NCBI GenBank assembly: GCA_951406725.2
Contig: OX597815.1
Span: 67,890,001 to 67,954,000 of the forward strand
Origin: Octopus vulgaris
Lineage: Eukaryota
DNA length: 64,000 nucleotides
Direction of reading: 5' to 3'
Part shown: one piece after another, positions 54,858 to 64,000 of the stretch
Layout of the letters: the number at the start of each line of letters is the position of its first letter
Position numbering within the stretch: position 1 is the first letter of the stretch
Translations under genes and position numbers: made by a program
Notes under the pieces: generated by a model
The model's input: only the letters and a program-made list of their open reading frames with translations
Told to the model about the DNA's origin: nothing
Databases searched by the model: none

Positions 54858-55072
54858 TATATCGGTTTGAAATTTTGACACAAGGCCAGCAATTTACGGG
54901 CTGGGAGTAAGTCGATTACATCGACTCCAGCGCTCAACTGGTACATATTTTACCGAACCCAAAATGATGAAAAGCAATGTCAACCTCGGTGTGATGTGAA
55001 CTCAGAACTTAAAGACGGACGTAATACCGCTCATTTTGACGTAAAATTTTGCCCGGCGTGCTCGCCGCCTTA
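54858..55072 (-). mobile_element. SINE family A
   Basis: Reverse complement head gctcgccgcctt and core. Confidence 0.75.
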
Positions 55073-55347
55073 CTAATGCTTATTATATTGAAAGTTATCT
55101 ATCTAGCTACTGACATGATATTCTTCCTGAATCGACTTTATCTATTCCATTTGGAGGCCAGTTAGTTATTAAGATTATTTTAGTGTTAAAAACCCTTCTC
55201 ACAAAAATATATCGGTTCAATATATATACCTTTCTTACAAAAATACTTGCCCATATTGCTCAAGACGTCACTATCGTATTAATAAGTGGAGCTACGAGCA
55301 TCTCTGTGATTTTATGTGCGTGCATGTGTGTGTGTGAATATGTGTGT

Positions 55348-55440
<93 letters not shown>

Positions 55441-55844
55441 GCATACTTATGAGTGTATGTATCTTAGTAGACATGTGTATGTGATTTGTATGATTTTAAG
55501 AGTCTGCATTTGTACAAGTAGTAGGAAGTACTCAATACAGGTAGAAGAGTATAGTTATTCATTCGAAACCGATGATGTGTTGAAGCTGGTGCCAAGATTC
55601 GCGAAGTTTTGCGTTCGCTTACACAACCAGACCTGAAAACCTGAAGCTAACCTGGAATAGAGAGGGCATGCCACTGATAATGTGAATGGCAACGAAAGGA
55701 CTTTGGCAAATATAACTGATTGATTAATTAATCGAATGATTAAGCAATGACCAAGCAATCGATTAGTTAATTGGCTAAATAGTTAACCAATTAACGAATA
55801 AGAAGGAAAAAGGGAAATAGAACCAGTGCGTGCGTTTGTTATTG

Positions 55845-56030
55845 GCACCGGACAAAATCTTTAACAGTACTTCGTCCGTCTTCATGTTCTCAGTTCAAAT
55901 TCTGCCGGGGTTGAATTCGCCTTTTATCTTTTCCGAGTCGATAAAATAAGTACCAGTTGAGCACTGGGGTTTATGTAATTGGCTAGCCCCCTCCCCATAA
56001 ATTTTAGGCCTTGTGCCTATAGCGGAAAAG
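55845..56030 (+). mobile_element. SINE family A, 5' degenerate
   Basis: gttctcagttcaaattctgccgggg...gtcgataaaataagtaccagttgagcactgggg. Confidence 0.75.
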
Positions 56031-57073
56031 CTGTTGATTATTGGTATAATTCCCTACACACAATACAACAAAATTTAGGCAATCGGTTTTATCTCAAAGG
56101 ATAAAATTGATCTCTAGAACGTAGGAAACGTGGTGCAGTGATGAATTGAAACATTAACTTCGAATTATGCCATATTTTTTTAACTTTATTTTTTACTTTC
56201 GACACTTCTCATTTCTGAAGATTTATTATATCAGAAAATATTCTCTCCATACGTTACAAATAACTTTAACAGCTTTTATTGCCAGGAATCAATTCTAAAA
56301 CCTAGTCTTCTTTAATATGGCTGCGCTAATAATGTGTGTGCGCGTGCGCGCGTGTATGTGTGTGTGCATGTTCGTACGCGCTCGTATGTCTGCAAATATA
56401 TCGCTAGATACATACAAACAGATATATAAGCATATACGTATATATGCATGTAAATATATATATAAATATATGTGCATACATATAATGCATGTATATATAT
56501 ATATATATATATGCGTGTGTGTGTGTGTGTGTGTGTAAATGTATATACAAATAGATGTACGCTTATGTATATAAAATTGGTATATGTACATATATATATA
56601 TACATAAACACACACACGCACACACACGCACACACACACATGTATATCTATATCAATAGATCTATCTATTCAGAGAGAGACAGTATGCATGTTTTGTATA
56701 TTTTGCGTTTGTTTTGTGTGCATGTGAATGTGCACGTATATGTGTCTACATACGAGTATGTGTGTGTGTGTGTGCACGTGCGTATGCGTGTGTGCGTGTG
56801 AGCGTGCGCATTATAAGACATTTGATATCGTCCATTTCTCTTAATGTTGAACGCTATTCCGTTCGACTCTTCACTTTTACTCTATTTTTTTCCTTTCTAC
56901 TTTTTATCTTTACTTACAGAACCTAGAATATACCACATAAACAAAAAGAGGAAGAGAGAGAGAGGGGTGGAAGCATCACATAATGATGACTTTATGCGTT
57001 TGTCCTTGCATTTAGATCGGTCAGTTGTACATAGCTCAAAAACGAAACGTTTGATGATAATAATAATAATAAC

Positions 57074-57159
<86 letters not shown>

Positions 57160-57999
57160 TAGGAACAACAACAACGGCAACAATAACAGCGAGGACGACG
57201 ACGATAATGATGACAATATACAATAATAACGGTGGTAGTAAATGTCGCCAGTGTTCGTCACATAATTACACGCTGGTCATCTTATCACTTCAGACATCTT
57301 TGGAGAAAAGTTACGAATGCTTTTGAGATGAACAGTAATGAGCAAATAGCAAACCGTAAGAGGAAGCGGTCGGTCCAGCATATTATGTACTAAAAACGAA
57401 ATTTTGATTGGCAGATGAGCAAATGATCAAAGCGGACATATCAGCGCTTTGAATGTCTCCAATATGGTTCTGAAGTAGGATTAAGAACGGCGTTTCTGGA
57501 GTTCCATCTTTCATCTACGCAGTCGGATGCCGTCCATTAAAATAGCGTCTTGAGTAAAACGATCGCTCTGCTTTGAGGCGTCAAGTGTTTTAGAATATAT
57601 CGCCATCTATCGAGTTGGATAGGTGAGATAATAAACCTTGTGCATCTGATCGTCTGCCAGCTGTTGACAGAACACTGTAGAAACTCTGTATGTTTAGATA
57701 GATATACATATACAAACATATATGTCTAACACACACACACACACGTACAATCGTATGTATATATGTCTTAGTGTATATGCATTTCAATACAAGTATTAAC
57801 AAATGTATATGTGTGCGTATATGTATGTATGTAGGTATGTATGTATGTATGTATGTATGTATGTATGTATATATGTATGTATGTATGTACGTATGAACAA
57901 ATGTATATTCAAATAAGTGATTTAATAATCTTACGGTTAGGTATGTATATGTGAGCATGTGATTGTATTACTTCATGTATGTATATGTGTGTGTGTGTA

Positions 58000-58051
<52 letters not shown>

Positions 58052-58336
58052 ACCTATATGTATTGTTACACATCGGTATGTGTGTGTTGTGTGCTTGTTT
58101 GTGAATCCGTGTACTCGTTTATATTTTCATGGTGTATCTGCATAACTTTCTACTCTACTTGATTCAGTCATTGCACTGCGGCCATGCTGGGGCACTGCGT
58201 TAAAGTGCTTCGCCCAGTAGTTCGTATGAGATTTTTATTGTGAAATTTTATGTACAATAAATTGGTTATACTTCCACAATACACAAATTATTTTAACAAT
58301 TTGTTTTTAATGCAATTCTTAATAATGTTTGATAAT

Positions 58337-58496
58337 AGGCGCAGGTATGACTGTGTAGTAAGAAGTTTGCTTCCCAACCACATGATTTCGGGTTCTGTCG
58401 TACTGCGTGGCAACTTAGGCGTCTTCTACTATAGCCTCGGGGCGATCAAAGCCTTGCGAGTGGATGCGGCAGACGGAAACTTAAAGAAGAAGCCCG

Positions 58497-58565
<69 letters not shown>

Positions 58566-58850
58566 TGAGTGAACGTGTGAATGTGTATGAGTGAGTGCAT
58601 GTGTGTGACTGAGTGTGTGCGTGTGTGTGTGCGTGTGTATGTGTGTGTAAGTGTTTCTTTATGTCTGAGGATGTCTCCCACCAACAACCGGTGTTGTGTT
58701 TACGGCCCCGTAACTTAGTGGTTCGGCATGAAAGACCGATAGCGTAAGTACCAGACTTTAAATAATAAATAAGTACTGGGGGTCGATTCATTCGTCTAAA
58801 AATTACTGCATGGCCGCAGTTTAATAACTGAAACAAGTAAAACATAAAAG
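58337..58850 (+). mobile_element. SINE family B, full length with internal (TG)n
   Basis: aggcgcaggtatgactgtgtagtaagaag head...catggccgcagtttaataactgaaacaagtaaaa tail. Confidence 0.8.
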
Positions 58851-58962
58851 ATAAATAAAAATATAATAGGATGTTTAAACATCGAATGGCTATGAGGGTC
58901 CACCTCTGTAAAACAGGAATCAAAGGGATCCAAAGGGGTAAATAAAAATGGTTGGGAATAAT

Positions 58963-59332
58963 AGTTTTAGTCGAACAAATCAACCCCAGTATTTATTTTT
59001 AAATCTGGTATTTGTTTTACCGTCACTATTGCCGAACCACTAAATTACGTGAACGTAAACAAACCAACTCCGGTTGTCAAAAATTGGTGGAGAACAAATA
59101 CGCACACATACATAGACACACACACACACAGACGCACACACACACACACACACATACACACACGTAAGTATGTGCGTAAGTGAAGATTGTCCATATATAT
59201 GACGGACTTCCACACTGCTTCCGTCTACCAAATTCACTCACAAGACATGGATCATCCCGGAACTATACGAGAAAACTCTTGCCAAGGTACCACACCTTCT
59301 TAATCATACCGCTTCTTAACCACACCACCATG
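58963..59332 (-). mobile_element. SINE family B
   Basis: tagtcgaacaaatcaacccc...ttccgtctaccaaattcactcacaag. Confidence 0.7.
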
Positions 59333-59375
59333 TGAGTATTTTTTGTCTTTTTGATTTTTTTTAACAAAAAGGAGG

Positions 59376-59645
59376 CGATAAAATAAGTACCTGTTGAACA
59401 CTGAGATCGATGTAATCGACTTACTCTTTCCCCCGAAATTGCTGGCCTCGTGCCAAAATGTGAAACCAATATTTTTATTAACACTAAGGCGGCGAGCTGA
59501 CTAAATCGGTAGCACGCCGGGCAAAATGGCTAACGGCATTTCGTCCGTTTTTACGTTCTGAGTTCAAATTCCACTGAGGTCGACTTTGCCTTTCATCCTT
59601 TTGGAGTCGATAAAATAAGTACCAGTTGAATACTGGAGGCCGATA
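59376..59645 (+). mobile_element. SINE family A 3' fragment + near-complete copy
   Basis: aaggcggcgagctgac...gttctgagttcaaattccactgaggtcgactttgcctttcatcc. Confidence 0.8.
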
Positions 59646-59647
59646 TA

Positions 59648-59763
59648 AGTACTTTTTCTATCGGTCTCTTTTTGCCGAACCGCTAAGTGACGGGGACGTA
59701 AGCACACCACCATCGGTTGTCAAGCAATGCTAGGGGTACAAACACAGACACACAAACACAAAC

Positions 59764-59808
<45 letters not shown>

Positions 59809-59974
59809 TACGACAGGCTTCTTTCAGTTTCCGTCTACCAAATCCACTCACAAGGCATTGGTCAGCCCGGGGCTATAGCAGAAGACACTTGCCCAAGATG
59901 CCACGCAGTGGGACTGAACCCGGAACCATGTGGTTGGTTAGCAAACTACTTACCACACAGCCACTCCTGCACCT
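59648..59974 (-). mobile_element. SINE family B, well conserved
   Basis: gacacttgcccaagatgccacgcagtgggactgaacccggaaccatgtggttgg...cagccactcctgcacct. Confidence 0.85.
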
Positions 59975-61516
59975 AAGGATAAAGTTTCGAATGAAATATT
60001 CAAATTTAGAAGATATTAGCTTTTATTAAAACTAAAAGTTTTATTACAAGTTATTACTTCTATTTGTTATTAATTGTTACTTCTATTAAAAATAACTCAA
60101 AATATTTTTTGCACCTCATTTTTTAAAATATTAATTAATAATTAGAAATTTGAAAATAAGTTATAAAAAATAATAGTAGTACATAATTAGTGCAATAAAT
60201 AGAACAATACAAAAGTTAGTTACATATTACAGTAAAATCTATCTATAACAACAAATTCACAGTAAAATTTGCTTGAGTTATTGCCTAAGTTATTGCCAAG
60301 TCTTCCCATTTTTAGTCTTGACCCAATGCCTATTTTTTACATAATGAATTTACTTACCATATACATACTGTTCTACTTTGCATAAAACTTTAGCTATATT
60401 GGTACTTCTGGCTCTCATTCTTTAAGTATTTTAGTGTGTCAATATTTCAACAAAATGATGGTAACTTTTTTTCATTATAATGTTACTTTGTAAATTAAAA
60501 TCAAGTCATTTTTAATATTCAAATTTTATCCTTAGCTGCAATATTTTAAGTAAAAATTTTCTTGTTCTGTTCTTTACCAGATGTAATAACTTGTCCTGTA
60601 ATTTTTCAAGTTTATAATCTTAAGAATATTATTTATCTTGCTCGTATTTTTCCATGTAATCCATGTTTTTTCCAGGCTATGCTATTGTTAATTAGTAATG
60701 TGTCAAATGTATCAATTAGCGGTGTCGTTGATAATTTTTTCCTTACCTCAATGATGCCGGAAACATATTAAAAGTCCCCTTATAGAACTAGATTCATAAA
60801 AAGGTATAGAACTATATTACCACCTTCAAATTTGAGAAACAAATATTCATAACTTCTTTCTTTTAAAACTTCATTGCATGAGATTGATACCATGAAATTC
60901 ATCGAAGTGAGCTCTATCATTAAAGTTTAATTAAAATATAGTTTGTTTTTTAAAATAAAAACGTTTGTTATACTTGAATCCAATTTTTTGCCTTATATTT
61001 TTTCATATTTTACCTCATATTTTTTATGCAAATTTTTGTTGCTTGGGATCAAAATTATGAAATTCTTCATGCGTTCTTCTATGATTGAAGCTAAGATAAA
61101 TATATTTTGCTTTTAAAATAAAAAAAGTTATTTAGATCTAAACTTGATTGGATGCGTTACTTACTCTCCTATAACGTTGCTACAAATTTTGATGTAAACT
61201 TTTTTCTACTGGACTAAATCTCAATGTTTTTATACCAAAATGTAGCTGGAAACCAGTCCTCTTCAAAAATGTTAACAGTTTTCAATTTGGTTAAGATCTG
61301 AATTAGCGACAAGCTCTGAAAGATCCTGCATGTGAGTAAATTGCGGCCCTAAGGATATTATTCAACTACTACCGTAGTTGAATGATATGGGCGTTGAATG
61401 ATGTTAGTTTTGTATATTTGTGAAACTTTGGCATGTATGTATACATGTTTGTGCGTGAATATGCAAGCATATCTGAGCAAGCGCGCGAGCGCGTGTGTGT
61501 GCGTGTGTGTGTGTGT

Positions 61517-61596
<80 letters not shown>

Positions 61597-61619
61597 TTTG
61601 GTCACCATTGAGTATTAGT

Positions 61620-62045
61620 GACTGTCATAAATTCGATTTATGCAATGCTGCCCACCTTGCCATTAGTAAAGCTTTCGACTGTGTTTGGCATGCGACTCTC
61701 GTAAGGAAACTGCCTGCTTAAAGCTTATAACATCCGTCTCTCTTCTCTGATGGATCGATAGCTTCCAGTCAGATTGTACTATTGCAGAATGTGTTGACGA
61801 AGTCCTTTTTTGTCTCTCAATATATCAACTCCGGTAGGCCCTAGGGTTCGGTTTTGTCTCTCCCTATTTTTTCCTTAGCAAACACCAATGGCTTATTTGT
61901 CATCACTTCCAAAAAACACCCTTTTATACAGATTACATTACCGTTCATTCCTCCCTAACATTCTCCAGTCATGCATTATCCACTCTCGGCTTAGGTACTG
62001 CTCACCAAAGACGCTGATTCCATCAATAGAAACCTGGAAAGCATG
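61620..62045 (+). mobile_element. CR1/L2-group LINE RT fragment
   Basis: LAISKAFDCVWHATLVRKLPA; WIDSFQSD; INSGRP*GSVLS. Confidence 0.75.
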
Positions 62046-62161
62046 GAGGATATGCCAATAACGTCTTAATGAAACAATGTCTTCATTGATGAATCATCAT
62101 TCACAGGGTGCAAGAGTGAAGTATACCACTTAGATTTTCCACACACACACACACACACACA

Positions 62162-62432
62162 ATCACCGGATCTCAGTATAATCGAACATTTGTGATGTAT
62201 TTTGGAGCAGCAAGTATGGAAACGTTTTCCCTGCCCGCCATCACCACTGAAGAGCTAAAGCAGGTTTTATTTGAAGAATGGCTTCTAATTCCCCTAACAA
62301 CCGTTCAGAACCCGCACGAGTCAATTGCTCGACGTATTAAAGCCGTGATTAATGCCAAAGTTGAACCAACTCCGTATTAGATAATAAAATTTCCATTTAA
62401 CAAGGTGTTTCCAACATTTTATCCAACAACAG
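62162..62432 (+). mobile_element. Tc1 transposase C-terminal fragment with degenerate right TIR
   Basis: SPDLSIIEHL*CILEQ...ELKQVLFEEWLLIP...ESIARRIKAVINAKVEPTPY*. Confidence 0.8.
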
Positions 62433-63294
62433 ATTAAAAGAGAAAGTAAACTACAAATGAAAAATACGACAATAGATGATGATGACGACGACGACGACGA
62501 CGATAATAATGATGATGATGATGATGACGATGATCTGTCTACCTACCAACCAGCCTACCCACCAACAAGTCCACCCGCCTACATGCCTGCAATCTACTTT
62601 CTTACCATATCCGTCTATATCTCTCTACTCCGTTAGATCACGTTATCTATCTGTCTATTTATCTCTCTATCTATATGTCTATATGTATGTCTTTTTATCT
62701 ATCTTTCTTTCTATGTATCTCTCTGTCTGTCTGTCTAACTGACTGTCTACCTATCTAACTGACTAATAATTTGCCTGCATGTCTAATTTCGCTTACGCAA
62801 ACGGGTAGGTGTATATCCATGTACATGCGTGTGTGCTTGTATGTGTGTGCGTGCACATGTATGTGTGTATATACATGTGAATATGCACGTATTGTATGTA
62901 CGTGGACTTGTACATGTGAGTGCATGTATATATGTGTATGTGTATATATATGCGTGTGTATGTGTGTCTGTGTGTGTCTGTGTGTGTCTGTGTATATATG
63001 TGCTTGTGTGTGTGCGCGCGCGTGTGTGTGTGATTAATGAGAAGTTATTATTTCATTTCGATTCAATTTAATTCATTAGTAGAAGATTTATTAACAGACA
63101 TCAAGCGTAAGAAACACCTGGATGCGCTTCGTAATACTTTCAACTTATTACAAATCATTTATCTTCTTCCCCTTCCCTCCACATTTACGCACGCACGCAC
63201 GCACACACACGCATACACATACACATGTATATATAAAGATATATATGCATATACCTATACATAAACATACATACATACATACATATATATATAT

Positions 63295-63349
<55 letters not shown>

Positions 63350-63626
63350 CGTCTGTGTGTAGCTGTGCCTGCATGTATTTGTATATATGACGACAATCAG
63401 GTCTCTGTCATCAACACAGAGACTCTATCACCAAACTTACCATAGATATCAAATCATAGCTAAAACGCTCTTTAGTCACGAATATCACACAGTCTGTGGT
63501 GATATACAGTAGACACCACATCACAAAGTCTATTTTCTCCTTTTAGCACTACGGGTCTAGTACTTCAACTCTCGTTAATTTGCTAATTCTTCTCAATGCT
63601 CCAGTAAAAACCCCATCAACTCAACC

Positions 63627-64000
63627 ATTATTATTATTATTATTATTATTGAGTGAGAGAGCAGTTCATGCCATCAAAGTGACACTGGGGTAAAATATAC
63701 GAAGCCCAATATACCCATCATGACTACCCGTCTGATAAGGGCACACCAGGCACATGCATCACAACCATATGTGCGCGACATGGTGATCTCATATCAAAAT
63801 AAACTGCACATGACCTTGCAGGTGGGGCCCAGTTAGAATTTTCTTCAGGTTGAGTAGCCCATCCCGCTCAAACGGTCCCTGAATAAGGGTTGTTTAAGGA
63901 TGTTGAAAAAACCACCCATGTCTCCAGAGGTGAATTATTCAAACCCCAAAGAATCCCTCTCAACACATGGCTATGATGCTCCCCCACTACTTCTGCTCGT
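63627..64000 (-). mobile_element. Probable non-LTR retrotransposon 3' UTR with (TAA)n tail, continues beyond the window
   Basis: Higher-GC complex sequence starting abruptly after (TTA)n; recognised as a recurrent octopus repeat from memory only; family uncertain. Confidence 0.45.

Noticed and set aside
57340-57680. CpG-richer stretch with ATTGG as a promoter
   Set aside because: One motif only, no exon evidence
60300-61300. Minus-strand L1-like RT fossil
   Set aside because: Strand bias is suggestive but no catalytic motif can be read with confidence

Overview
AT-rich, extremely microsatellite-rich, gene-poor eukaryotic DNA. The tRNA-derived SINE families and simple-repeat content look like a coleoid cephalopod (Octopus-type) genome; this is inference from recognising the repeats. 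I found no supportable host protein-coding exon, rRNA or intact tRNA. Almost all ORF-track entries are translations of microsatellites. Real coding signal is all transposon-derived: an RTE LINE fragment (APE+RT), about eight R4/Dong-like RLE non-LTR fragments, mostly at (TAA)n junctions, two Penelope GIY-YIG fragments, a DD41D Tc1/mariner transposase, Tc1, hAT, CR1 and L1-like fossils, and more than 20 SINEs. The most notable structures are: (i) a doubly truncated RTE fragment bracketed by ~200-bp inverted repeats of an unclassified palindromic element; (ii) Penelope-linked hammerhead ribozyme motifs, including a minimal U3-A8 variant and a GIY-YIG/tRNA-head/hammerhead-remnant chimera; (iii) a 1.48-kb long-TIR DNA transposon with an 8-bp TSD nested in an R4 endonuclease sequence; (iv) a compact E-box/CCAAT/RFX/YY1 promoter-like cluster. 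All alignments were made by eye and boundaries of degenerate elements are approximate.
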